64,000 nt of DNA from an uncultured Chlamydiaceae bacterium. Its GTDB lineage: Bacteria > Chlamydiota > Chlamydiia > Chlamydiales > JAAKFR01. Below, piece after piece: positions 37,801 to 46,624 of this stretch. Position 1 is the first letter of the stretch; every line of letters begins with the position of its first letter. The notes beneath the pieces were generated by a model. The model was given only the letters and a program-made list of their open reading frames with translations. It was not told the DNA's origin and searched no databases. The DNA is taken from the NCBI GenBank assembly GCA_942490925.1, contig CALNYX010000017.1:1026191-1090190 (forward strand), given 5' to 3'. Made by a program: the position numbers and the translations under genes.

Positions 37801-38100
37801 ATTGCAATTCAGACATTTTCAACAGGTGAGGATGCAATTAACTTTTTTGCAAAACTAGAGAAGTTGGAAGACAATACACTTATTATCCTCGATAGGATCT
37901 TGCCAGATCGAGATGGATTGACAATCTTACGCCTGTTAAATGAGAAGTTCCCAGGCAGAATTAAAGCGATTTTCCTTTCCTCCTTGACGACCGAAAAAGA
38001 TGTCCTTGAGGGACTGAAAATAGGGGCTCTGGACTATATTACAAAACCTTTTAGTATTTCTGTTCTATTACAAAAAGCCTTTATCTTACTGAGACAATGA
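34894..38100 (+). CDS. multidomain regulator: 2x(pseudo-REC+Hpt), pseudo-REC, REC, degenerate GGDEF, REC
   Basis: HKIAGSAGGYG twice; DDD..LDINLP..KP and DDD..LDRILP..KP receivers; YMGEGRF in place of RxGG(D/E)EF. Confidence 0.85.
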   Translation: MISFLCIDESNSLEPLLSEYASHFGFSIEVSSDPKSVKNKSGYDAFLLVESKKFENFASFLNPESCNVVFSNKHPTSKEFRQLRADASVTYLLEQPIVKTEIVALLRTLCSPGQAEEIDLPPELMEKYTSTLSEKIEELEGLVQKIHAHGGEKKPLVDLRNVVHKIAGSAGGYGFTEAGKLCKQQELYLQGLYGGETITISPKEIDTANVKFLRALRLNFQKLCLQEPKVRENKIPTKPSSPVTKTPAQVQTPSTKISLLCFDEAHKLRPVLDEYANLLRFSYQSVTNVEQLEKQYSQKNYDGVLIVEGPQLSDPKQLIERLSQNKHSPLALIADKCRKAEVFRELKTKYAVDYVLEQPVIKEEFLALLRQLCHMNGQSHRDEESLPKELIEKYTSSIYDKIERIEELIQASHANSGEKEPLATLRNEVHKIAGSAGGYGFSEAGQLCKMHELYLQEIYSSEPIITPQKEIDAANVKFLRKLRLNFQKLTIKTIADISTQIKKSASAQEQKTRPLSNIFLVLISTDLNIIRIFQKLAKRYHLAFEVESDPQHFLDKWEDINTPPFTIIVEEHYPFTTYTGQSLFKLLREKWKEVSPTFGIMTQSDELDKRIEWIAEGIDLVLKKPLAEQNIIDIFEQLSAQKEMHNIKALIVDDDEDVGLVEKNTLEQIGIQAVYLQDETKLLRSLEEINPHLLILDINLPHYNGRELLQTLRSDIRFRDLIIVVVTAVTEEGFDQWAYAENCDEIVHKPIDTAHLQSRIANLVHRNISSQEISRLDRYTHLYTKDYFLGKFSNFLLLQSPKTHLSFLFLEIDLWNKISKILNPIEIKEILILVTELIRTHLQKSALYGYMGEGRFALLFQNIMGGELEFLISRFFEAAKKKLWLSGREELKTTLCVGATLFSVGQIDMDTILSQTEEVLHQAMDIGPGHFELKRLSASTGDEAQQQVILVDDDPDLCRVVEHAFSNHGIAIQTFSTGEDAINFFAKLEKLEDNTLIILDRILPDRDGLTILRLLNEKFPGRIKAIFLSSLTTEKDVLEGLKIGALDYITKPFSISVLLQKAFILLRQ

Positions 38101-39125
38101 AAATTAATATCATCGGAATTATTGAATACCTAATTGTTTTTATAGCAGTCCTCTATATCTTCATTCTAAAAATCCGCCAAGATCGAAAAGTTCGTAAAAT
38201 CCAAGCGACTAAGGAGAAACTCAAAACGCTTTTTGATGAACTTTTAATTGAAAAGACGGCTCTAGAAAAAGTTGACTGGCTTCCTTCACCACGCGACTTT
38301 CTCCCACTTCTAATTGTATTAGAAGAATTTACAGAGAAGTTTGGTACGGACAGCACATGGGATGGAATCAAACACCACTTTACCATCAAGCACCTTAGAC
38401 CATGGGCACTCAAACACTACCGTTCTAAACTCTGGAACAGACGTAATCTTTCAGCACGGATTTTTTTACTCTTCCCCCTACCAGAAGATCTCGACTGTAT
38501 TTGTCACTTTCTCAAAGATCGGGATTTTTATATTCGGATGGTTGCAGTTGAAGCGCTTGGAAGACTCAAAACCAGCGCTGTTGTTCCCATCATATTGCAG
38601 TATATGGCCAAAGAACCTCCAAAAGCCCGTTTTATCTATAGATATGCTTTAAACCTACTCCCCTTTGAGCTTTTCGATATCGTTGTTGATGTTTACAAAA
38701 AAAGCAAAAGTTTAGCTGTGCGCCTTTGCTGCTTAGATGTTTTATCTCACGGTTTTCATCATGACATCTATCCAATTGTCCACCAAAGCCTACACTCTAA
38801 ATACCCTCAAATTCGTTATATGGTGGCAAAAATCTTAGCTAATCTCCGCTCTGACAAAGCTCTACAAGATCTTATCTCTCTTTTGAAAGATCCTACAGCT
38901 AAGGTGCGCGCAATGGCAGTCGAATCATTAGGTGATTTTCACCATGAAAAAGCTTTTGAAAAAGTAGGCGAAATGATCCATGATAAAGTCTACGACGTGA
39001 GGCTAAAAGCGGCGTTTGCAATGCTCAAATATGGAAAGAGGGGGATCCAGTTCTTAGAGCTACAAGACAGCGACTTATACCCAAAAGCTCATGAAGTTGC
39101 CCGTTTTGTCCTGACTCTACCATAA
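38097..39125 (+). CDS. membrane-anchored HEAT-repeat protein
   Basis: N-terminal TM helix; repeated LKD..VR..A..ALG units. Confidence 0.85.
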   Translation: MKINIIGIIEYLIVFIAVLYIFILKIRQDRKVRKIQATKEKLKTLFDELLIEKTALEKVDWLPSPRDFLPLLIVLEEFTEKFGTDSTWDGIKHHFTIKHLRPWALKHYRSKLWNRRNLSARIFLLFPLPEDLDCICHFLKDRDFYIRMVAVEALGRLKTSAVVPIILQYMAKEPPKARFIYRYALNLLPFELFDIVVDVYKKSKSLAVRLCCLDVLSHGFHHDIYPIVHQSLHSKYPQIRYMVAKILANLRSDKALQDLISLLKDPTAKVRAMAVESLGDFHHEKAFEKVGEMIHDKVYDVRLKAAFAMLKYGKRGIQFLELQDSDLYPKAHEVARFVLTLP

Positions 39126-39137
39126 GAAACCACTGAT

Positions 39138-40568
39138 ATGCGTGAATTCATCTTAGGCTACCAAAATAGCGTCATCATTTATTATTGGGCCATTAACGGT
39201 TTTTTCATTTTCTTATTGATCAATGCTTTTTTCGTGATTTTTTCGCGTTATAAGAAGTTCGAGTCTCAACGGTTAGATATCTTGCACCAGGTTGAAGATC
39301 TGCCCTCTATTGGCATTGTAATCCCCTCATACAACGAAGAAGATAATGTTATTTTTGCCATTCATGCACTGTTAAATCTCTCATATCGCAATAAACAAAT
39401 AACAATTGTCAATGACGGCTCCTCAGACAATTCGATGGAAATTTTAAAATCGACCTTCAAGCTCACCCCTGTTCATCGCGCCTATGTGGAAACAATTCCA
39501 ACTGTTCCAGTTAAGACCTACTACCATAGCCTTCTCTATCCTGAGCTTGTGGTCATAGACAAAGATAATGGAGGTCGAGCAGACGCAATTAATGTTGGAA
39601 TCAATGCGAGTAAAACGGACTTTATATTGACGCTCGACGCTGACACGATTATCGATAATAACGAAATGAGCCGCATGCTCCGCTACATTTTTACCAAACC
39701 CTCTGTTGCTGGATTTGGTGCAAGTGTTCGTGTTGCAAATGGATGCCATGTAGCACTGCGAGGCATCACACATGTAGGGTTTCCAAAAACCTATTTTGGA
39801 GGCATTCAAGCTGTTGAATATCTACGTGCTTTTTATCTTGGGCGAATGGGTTTCGATCCTCTAGGAGGCTCTCTCATTATTTCTGGGGCTTTCTCGATCT
39901 ACGAAACAGATTATGTTCGCAAGATTGGAGGGTTTGATACTCATACCCTTGGCGAAGATATGGAGCTCTGTACGCATCTCAAAAAGATGCGTTATCTTGA
40001 GAAAAAAAATGCGCATACAAGTTATATCCCAGAACCCGTCTGTTGGACCGAAGTTCCTGAAAATTACAAAGATCTAAGCAAGCAACGTACCCGCTGGCAA
40101 ATCGCACTTATGGAAGTTTTGTGGAAATACAAGACCATGTTTTTCAACCCGCGCTACGGAGTCACTGGCATGGTGATCTTTCCCTTCTTTGTTTTTGGGG
40201 AATTTTTAGCTCCACTTTTAGAACTACTAAGCTACATTTTTATGATCCTGGCATGGATTTTTGGTATACGTGACACCAGTTACATTTTCAACTTCTTGAT
40301 TGTAACATGGGGCTTTACAGCAGTTTTAAATATTTCATGCTGTCTCATTGAAGTTGCTGTATTTCGTAAATACTTCACATACAAACACTTATGGCTAATG
40401 CTTGTTTTTAGCTTTGCTGAAAATTTTGGTTACCGGCAGCTTTACCTTTGGTGGCGCCTTAAGGCGTTTTTCAAAATTTTCCAGTCCCGAGAGAGTTGGT
40501 GGAGCGGTTGGAAAAAGTCAGGATTTACAGCCATGAATGTTGAAGGACAGAGGGGGAAAAAGAAATAG
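39138..40568 (+). CDS. processive GT2 glycosyltransferase (PgaC/IcaA/cellulose-synthase-like)
   Basis: PSYNEE, DADT, GEDMEL and KQRTRW (D,D,D,QxxRW); C-terminal TM helices. Confidence 0.92.
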   Translation: MREFILGYQNSVIIYYWAINGFFIFLLINAFFVIFSRYKKFESQRLDILHQVEDLPSIGIVIPSYNEEDNVIFAIHALLNLSYRNKQITIVNDGSSDNSMEILKSTFKLTPVHRAYVETIPTVPVKTYYHSLLYPELVVIDKDNGGRADAINVGINASKTDFILTLDADTIIDNNEMSRMLRYIFTKPSVAGFGASVRVANGCHVALRGITHVGFPKTYFGGIQAVEYLRAFYLGRMGFDPLGGSLIISGAFSIYETDYVRKIGGFDTHTLGEDMELCTHLKKMRYLEKKNAHTSYIPEPVCWTEVPENYKDLSKQRTRWQIALMEVLWKYKTMFFNPRYGVTGMVIFPFFVFGEFLAPLLELLSYIFMILAWIFGIRDTSYIFNFLIVTWGFTAVLNISCCLIEVAVFRKYFTYKHLWLMLVFSFAENFGYRQLYLWWRLKAFFKIFQSRESWWSGWKKSGFTAMNVEGQRGKKK

Positions 40569-41863
40569 TGTCATTAGAGGAAAAAATTGCTTCGCATCAG
40601 GCAACAATTGGTGTGATTGGGATGGGCTACATCGGCCTCTCTCTTTTAGAGGTTTTTGGAAGCAAAGGATTTCCTCTTGTAGGATATGACTCCAACACTG
40701 AGAGGGTCGACAAGCTTAATGAGTGCGTCTGTCCGATGAACTTCATCAATATTGACTCGCTTTTTGACCATCTCAAAGCTGGAAAGTTTGAACCCTCTTC
40801 CGATCCGACAGTCTTGAAAAAGGCTGATGTCCTTGTCATTTCTGTACCCACTTCACTCGATGACCATTCAGTTCCGGACTTTTCATCCTTGCGCAAAGCT
40901 TTTCGCACAGTCTCTTCCCTGATAAAGAAAGATCTTCTTATCATCTTGCAAAGCACTACCTATCCTGGAACCACGGTAGAAGAGCTCCTTCCCCTCCTAG
41001 AGAAGTCAGGCCTTACTGTAGGCGAAGATTTTTTCTTAGCTTATGCTCCTGAAATTTCAGACCCTGGCAATCTCGATTACCGTTTTGCTGATGTTCCCCG
41101 TTTGGTCAGTGGTGTCACTGAGCGCTGTCTTAATCTCATCGATTCGCTTTATCGCAATATTGGATGTGAAGTCGTTCACTGTTCAGGCCCTAATGTGGCT
41201 GAGGCGGCGAAGATTTTCCAAAACACCTACCGCTTAATCAACATCTCCTTTGTCAATGAAATGAAGATGATGTTTGATCGAATGGGAATGGATGTGTGGG
41301 AAGTGATCAATGCTGCTTCGAGTAAACCCTTTGGCTTTACACCCTTCTACCCAAGCCGTGGCGTAGGAGGAGATTGCATTCCTGTAGATCCTGTCTATCT
41401 CATTTGGAAAGCCAAATCGACTCAAGGCCCCACTTCGCTCATTGAAATTGCAGAAAACATCAATGAGATGATGCCCCATTTTGTCGTTGAAAAAGTGGTA
41501 AGTAGCCTGAATCATGTTGGAAAATCGATGAAAGATGCCAAAGTTTTACTGCTCGGAGTTGGCTTTAAAAAGGACGTCGATAGCTTGCAACAATCAGCTT
41601 CGCTCAAGATCCTCTCTCTTCTTAAAAGTCATGAAGCAGATGTGAGTTATCAAGATCCTCTTGTGGATGAGTTGCACGGGTTGAAAATGAAATCTGTTCC
41701 ACTTGATTACCCCTCGTTTTCCAATTACGATGCAATTGTCATTGCGACTGACCACTCCGTCTATGATTGGAAGCAGATTGTCCAACATAGCTCCTTGATC
41801 ATTGACACCTGCAATGCAACGGCGCAAATTCCTGACGCAAAAGAAAAGGTGGTCAAAGCATGA
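40568..41863 (+). CDS. UDP-N-acetylhexosamine/UDP-glucose dehydrogenase family (WecC/WbpA/TviB-like)
   Basis: GMGYIG, STTYPGTT, AEAAKIFQN, GGDCIPVDP. Confidence 0.92.
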   Translation: MSLEEKIASHQATIGVIGMGYIGLSLLEVFGSKGFPLVGYDSNTERVDKLNECVCPMNFINIDSLFDHLKAGKFEPSSDPTVLKKADVLVISVPTSLDDHSVPDFSSLRKAFRTVSSLIKKDLLIILQSTTYPGTTVEELLPLLEKSGLTVGEDFFLAYAPEISDPGNLDYRFADVPRLVSGVTERCLNLIDSLYRNIGCEVVHCSGPNVAEAAKIFQNTYRLINISFVNEMKMMFDRMGMDVWEVINAASSKPFGFTPFYPSRGVGGDCIPVDPVYLIWKAKSTQGPTSLIEIAENINEMMPHFVVEKVVSSLNHVGKSMKDAKVLLLGVGFKKDVDSLQQSASLKILSLLKSHEADVSYQDPLVDELHGLKMKSVPLDYPSFSNYDAIVIATDHSVYDWKQIVQHSSLIIDTCNATAQIPDAKEKVVKA

Positions 41864-42837
41864 AAATTCTTGTCACTGGAGGCGGTGGATTTATCGGCTC
41901 TCACATCACAGATCACCACTTAAATAAGGGTGATCAGGTGAGCGTGATTGACAATTTCGTCACTGGAAGCCCTGACAACCTACCAAAACATCCCTCGCTA
42001 AAAGTCTATCAAGCAGATCTTGCAACTTTTGACAAACTCCATGAGGAAGTAAAAGCTGCAGATTGGATCTACCACATCGCCGCTACCGTTGGGATCTATA
42101 ACGTCGTTAAAAAACCTGCAGATACACTCTCCAACAATATTCAGACCTGCGAGCTCCTTTTAGACGCTGCCGCCGAAACTCAAACAAAAGCGCGTCTACT
42201 GATCACCTCTTCCTCAGGAGTCTACATCAATTCTCCCCTGGGAGAAGATGGCCAATTTCATGAAACTCAAATGTTGCACATCCCCTCAGGCGAATTCCAT
42301 ATGGAGTCCTATACCTTGAGTAAATTGCTCAATGAAGTGATGGCTCTTTCCTACTGTTACCAAAAACATGTCGATTGTGTGATTGCGCGCGTTTTTAACA
42401 CCACAGGCATCCGCCAAAGCGGGCAGTATGGAATGGTCTTGCCCCGCTTGATCACCCAGGCATTAACAGGCGAGCCACTAACAGTTTATGGAGATGGCTC
42501 TCAAACACGCTCTTTTGTGAATGTTCATGATGTAGTCATCGCACTTGCCAAACTCCTTGCAAACCCCAAAAGCAAAGGGGAAATTTTCAATGTTGGAAAT
42601 AGTCGCCCTTGTTCAATTTTAGAACTTGCCAAGCTTGTCAAAGAGAAGACGCGCAGCGCCTCAGAAATCACCTTTGTTCCCTACAAACAGGCTTACGGGG
42701 TCGATTATAAAGACACGATGCAACGATGCCCCAATATCGAAAAACTCAAAACCTTCACAGGTTTTGAACCCACATGGACGCTAGAACAAACCATCGATGA
42801 AATGATCACCTATATAAGCGCGCAACTTCCTCAATAA
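41860..42837 (+). CDS. NAD-dependent nucleotide-sugar epimerase/dehydratase
   Basis: TGGGGFIGSH, YTLSK, VYGDGSQTRSF. Confidence 0.92.
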   Translation: MKILVTGGGGFIGSHITDHHLNKGDQVSVIDNFVTGSPDNLPKHPSLKVYQADLATFDKLHEEVKAADWIYHIAATVGIYNVVKKPADTLSNNIQTCELLLDAAAETQTKARLLITSSSGVYINSPLGEDGQFHETQMLHIPSGEFHMESYTLSKLLNEVMALSYCYQKHVDCVIARVFNTTGIRQSGQYGMVLPRLITQALTGEPLTVYGDGSQTRSFVNVHDVVIALAKLLANPKSKGEIFNVGNSRPCSILELAKLVKEKTRSASEITFVPYKQAYGVDYKDTMQRCPNIEKLKTFTGFEPTWTLEQTIDEMITYISAQLPQ

Positions 42838-43840
42838 GTACGTCTGTCAAACGCTTCCAGGTATTGTGATTCACATCAGCGCAGAGTTGGCTGTGCAATG
42901 AGTCAGCTAATTCTGCACGCTCGTCTGGTGTTGTGCTGAGCAATTTTTCCAAAATCTGTTGATTCCCCTCATGATCGCCATACTCCAGCAAGTAGGGATG
43001 CTCGTAAGGGTAGCCCGTATCTCGTGAAACAATTGGGATAAAGCCGCGCGCTGCAGCTTCCAAAATTGAAACACATTGCGCCTCCCACATCCCTGGCTGA
43101 ATGAAAAAGTCTGCAAGGGTAGGCAAGGCTTCTATCTGAGTCTGATCGAGATTACTCAAACTCCTCTCCCCCGTTCCAAAAAGGTGGAGCTTTCTGCCAA
43201 CGCGTTTCACAAGCTCCATTGAATGCGACACTGCTTTCATATGATTGGTATTGCCTACATAGAGAAAGTCATTTGTCGAGTAGTCCCTTTTGATCCTCTT
43301 GAATAGATCGAGGTCGATCGGTTGATGCACAACGCGAATCGAGGTACCTTTTGCTTTCAAGTTTTCAAAGTAGGGATGCCAAAAATTTGTAGGTTTCTCT
43401 AGATAGTGACGTTTATTGAACTCTGAGGTGAGCAAAATGATGGCCGCTGCTTGATTATAATACCCACACTCTATTTCACGTGGAACACTTGCTGGAGAAA
43501 CAGAGGTTGAGTGATCCTCATGTCCATTCCACGGTGCAAAGGAGATGACACGCTTTGTCCGAGAAAAGCTTTTCTGCAACGTTTCACCAATGTGACCGAT
43601 GACTACATCTTCGGGTTGAATCTTTGCAATCCGCTCTGGCTTCTCACCTTCAAAGCGCAAGAATGTGACGCGCGGAAACTCTTTTTTCAACGCCCGAAAT
43701 GGCCAGTAGCTCAGTTCTGTATTCGCTTTGAGCCCATTTTGAAAACGAAAATACCCATTTTTATGCGTATAAACAAAGTAGACGCGCTTACCTGGCAGCC
43801 TCTCATTGAAAAGAAGTGCCAGCTTGCGAAAGAGCTTCAT
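42806..43840 (-). CDS. GT4-like glycosyltransferase
   Basis: EAQCVSILEAAARG (E-x7-E); ATGA overlap with the upstream GT2. Confidence 0.75.
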   Translation of the reverse strand: MKLFRKLALLFNERLPGKRVYFVYTHKNGYFRFQNGLKANTELSYWPFRALKKEFPRVTFLRFEGEKPERIAKIQPEDVVIGHIGETLQKSFSRTKRVISFAPWNGHEDHSTSVSPASVPREIECGYYNQAAAIILLTSEFNKRHYLEKPTNFWHPYFENLKAKGTSIRVVHQPIDLDLFKRIKRDYSTNDFLYVGNTNHMKAVSHSMELVKRVGRKLHLFGTGERSLSNLDQTQIEALPTLADFFIQPGMWEAQCVSILEAAARGFIPIVSRDTGYPYEHPYLLEYGDHEGNQQILEKLLSTTPDERAELADSLHSQLCADVNHNTWKRLTDVLIEEVARLYR

Positions 43841-44559
43841 GAAATTCTCCGTTTCCATGTTCGGTAAGAGCGAATTCTTTCAACAAATGACTTCACATAA
43901 CGATTGCGCACACGATACGCCTCGTTGGCAACATTAACCGGTTCACTTGTAGACAACGAATCCTCATGTTCACGAAAACAAGCAAGGGGTGTTGGCAAGA
44001 CAAACGGAGTGCTCAGCTGAGCTAAGCGAAGCCAGAGATCATAATCCATACAATATTTCAAGCTAGGTGCAAAACCTCCCACCTCTTCAAAAAGCTCGCG
44101 CTTCACAAATGTTGCAGGATGCGTGATAAAGTTGTACTTGCGTAGCCGTTTAGCTGAAAAAGGCTCAAAAGGCGTTTTTCTCACCTTTTCCCCTTTTCCA
44201 TCAACAATCCAAGCCTGTCCGTAAAGCCACTTTACCATAGGATGTTGCTTAAGCGTTGTTGCCACCATGCCCAGAACTTTTGGATGAAGCAAATAATCAT
44301 CTGCATGCAAATGCAACAAAAATTCCCCCGATGCAAAAGCAGCGCCTCTGTTCATCGCATCAGCAATCCCACTATCTTTTCCCTCATAAAGCTTGATATG
44401 TGGAAACGATTTTATGATGTCCAACGTCCCATCACTACTGCCGCCATCCCAAACCAAATGCTCATAATCAGTGAATTCTTGTGCTCTAACAGACTCGAGC
44501 GTCTGACGCAAATGCGCTTGAGCATTAAACGTTATTGTCACAATGCTAAATTTCACCAT
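43837..44559 (-). CDS. GT2 glycosyltransferase (WcaE-like)
   Basis: SIVTITFN, DGGSSDGT, LHADD, HPATF, MDYDLWLR. Confidence 0.92.
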   Translation of the reverse strand: MVKFSIVTITFNAQAHLRQTLESVRAQEFTDYEHLVWDGGSSDGTLDIIKSFPHIKLYEGKDSGIADAMNRGAAFASGEFLLHLHADDYLLHPKVLGMVATTLKQHPMVKWLYGQAWIVDGKGEKVRKTPFEPFSAKRLRKYNFITHPATFVKRELFEEVGGFAPSLKYCMDYDLWLRLAQLSTPFVLPTPLACFREHEDSLSTSEPVNVANEAYRVRNRYVKSFVERIRSYRTWKRRIS

Positions 44560-44594
44560 TGCAAATTTTTTCCTACTTGTAGATAAAGAGTTCC

Positions 44595-45632
44595 ATGATA
44601 CGGCAGCTATTGCTTTTTTGCATGTTTCTTTTTCCCTTTTCGCTTGAGGCTTATCAGGTCTTGGGCATCGGCTGTCCCACAGTTGATATCGTCCAACCGG
44701 TTGAAGAAGAGTTGCTCCACCAACTTCATCTCAGAAAAAATGGGTGGCATGATTACGACGCTAGTCGCTTTGCCACTATATTAGCTGCAGCACGCCCCTT
44801 TTGCCCACCGATCGTCGTTCCAGCAAGTGGCTCGATTTGTAATACTATGAAAGGATTAAGCGCTCTTGGGATTTCAACGGCAGTCACGGGTCGTGTAGGA
44901 AATGATCAGATGGGAGAGCGCATCACAGAGTCAATTCGCTCTTTTGGCATTACGCCTCTATTTACAAGGACTGATACACCTTCCGTTCAAATAGCCTGCC
45001 TTGTCACTCCAAATGGAGAACGGACCTTCTGTGCCTGCTCAGCTGCTGAGAAAGAGCTCTCAGCCAACGACCTTTTCTACCCCCAGTTCCAAAGCACCAG
45101 TCTAGTGCATATCGAAGGATTTACCCTCCCATATGGAAGTTACGTCGAAAATGCCATGATTTTTGCCAAAAGAGCAGGCGCCCTTGTCTCCTTTGACGTC
45201 GGACCCTATGGAGTTAAATTTCGAGAACGCCTCTTTGCCCTATTGACCCAATACGTAGATATTGCCTTTCTAGATGAAGATGAGGCATATCAACTCACCC
45301 TACTCCCCCCTGAACGGGCATGTGATTTTCTAAGAAATTTTTGTAAAATTGTTGTTATTAAGGTCGGTGGAGAGGGGTGTTGGGTTGGCTCGAAAGAGGG
45401 CATTTTTCATCAGCCAGCCATTCCAGCTAAAGTCGTCGATACAACAGGCGCTGGGGATCTTTTTGCTGCTGCCTTCCTCTATGGAGTCCTCAAAGAGGCT
45501 TCATTACAGGATTGCGCCCGCTTTGGAAATTTTGCCGGTAATGCCGCCGTACAGCAGTATGGAGGCGAGCTTCCACAGGCCAAATGGGGCCCTCTCAAAA
45601 AAATATTTGCTGAAAGCTTGGCCGGCAAGTAG
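44595..45632 (+). CDS. PfkB-family (adenosine/sugar) kinase with N-terminal signal peptide
   Basis: GSICNT, DTTGAGDLF signature; N-terminus MIRQLLLFCMFLFPFSLEA. Confidence 0.9.
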   Translation: MIRQLLLFCMFLFPFSLEAYQVLGIGCPTVDIVQPVEEELLHQLHLRKNGWHDYDASRFATILAAARPFCPPIVVPASGSICNTMKGLSALGISTAVTGRVGNDQMGERITESIRSFGITPLFTRTDTPSVQIACLVTPNGERTFCACSAAEKELSANDLFYPQFQSTSLVHIEGFTLPYGSYVENAMIFAKRAGALVSFDVGPYGVKFRERLFALLTQYVDIAFLDEDEAYQLTLLPPERACDFLRNFCKIVVIKVGGEGCWVGSKEGIFHQPAIPAKVVDTTGAGDLFAAAFLYGVLKEASLQDCARFGNFAGNAAVQQYGGELPQAKWGPLKKIFAESLAGK

Positions 45633-45673
45633 CCCCTATTTATATTCGGACTGACCCATGATCTAATTTCTCA

Positions 45674-45702
45674 TTGTCAAGAATCCTCAATTGTCCTATA
45701 TT
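45674..45702 (+). promoter_or_regulatory. str operon promoter
   Basis: TTGTCA-17 nt-TATATT. Confidence 0.6.
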
Positions 45703-45745
45703 CTCCTTTTAAACTTGTAAAATTTTGATTTAGAGAAGAAGGAAT

Positions 45746-46117
45746 ATGCCTACAATCAATCAACTGATCCGCCAGAAGCGTGGGAAAAAGTCGAGACGTA
45801 AAAAGTCCCCGGCCCTCAATCGATGCCCTCAGCGTCGAGGTGTTTGTCTTCAAGTGAAGACAAAAACACCTAAGAAACCGAACTCAGCTCTCCGTAAGGT
45901 TGCTTGGGTCCGTCTTTCTAACGGGCAGGAAATCATTGCATACATCGGTGGTGAAGGTCACAACCTCCAAGAGCACAGCATCGTGCTTGTACGTGGAGGT
46001 CGTGTCAAAGATCTACCTGGTGTACGTTACCATATCGTACGTGGTGCACTTGACTGCGCCGCTGTAAAAGATCGTAAACAGAGTCGCTCACATTATGGAG
46101 CGAAACGTCCAAAGTAA
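45746..46117 (+). CDS. rpsL: 30S ribosomal protein S12
   Basis: [21 protein letters not shown]. Confidence 0.99.
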   Translation: MPTINQLIRQKRGKKSRRKKSPALNRCPQRRGVCLQVKTKTPKKPNSALRKVAWVRLSNGQEIIAYIGGEGHNLQEHSIVLVRGGRVKDLPGVRYHIVRGALDCAAVKDRKQSRSHYGAKRPK

Positions 46118-46134
46118 TATAAAGAAGGGAAACT

Positions 46135-46608
46135 ATGTCGAGAAGAAGACGTGCAGACAAGCGTGAGACGAAACCTGATCCTTTTTATGGGAACAAGACG
46201 CTCGCGAAATTTATCAATAAGATTATGTTGCATGGGAAAAAGGCAAAAGCACAAAGCCTTGTGTATGGAGCCTTGACCACTTTCGCTAAGAAAGTGAGTA
46301 TTGACGATCCTTTAGAAGCTTTTGAAAAAGCTCTAGAAAACGCCAAGCCAACTTTAGAAGTTAAATCTCGCCGAATTGGTGGGGCTACCTATCAAGTTCC
46401 TGTGGAAATTCCTCATGACCGCCGCACATCGCTAGCAATGCGCTGGATTATTGGCAATGCGCGTAATAAGGCTGGTCGCTCAATGGGTGATGGATTAGCA
46501 ATGGAACTTGCTGACTGTTTTAATAATCAAGGCGCCACCATCAAGAAGAAAGATGATACGCACCGAATGGCTGAAGCGAACAAAGCGTTTGCTCATTATA
46601 AATGGTAA
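46135..46608 (+). CDS. rpsG: 30S ribosomal protein S7
   Basis: SRRIGGATYQVP, HRMAEANKAFAH. Confidence 0.99.
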   Translation: MSRRRRADKRETKPDPFYGNKTLAKFINKIMLHGKKAKAQSLVYGALTTFAKKVSIDDPLEAFEKALENAKPTLEVKSRRIGGATYQVPVEIPHDRRTSLAMRWIIGNARNKAGRSMGDGLAMELADCFNNQGATIKKKDDTHRMAEANKAFAHYKW

Positions 46609-46624
46609 GGATTAAAGAGGTAAG

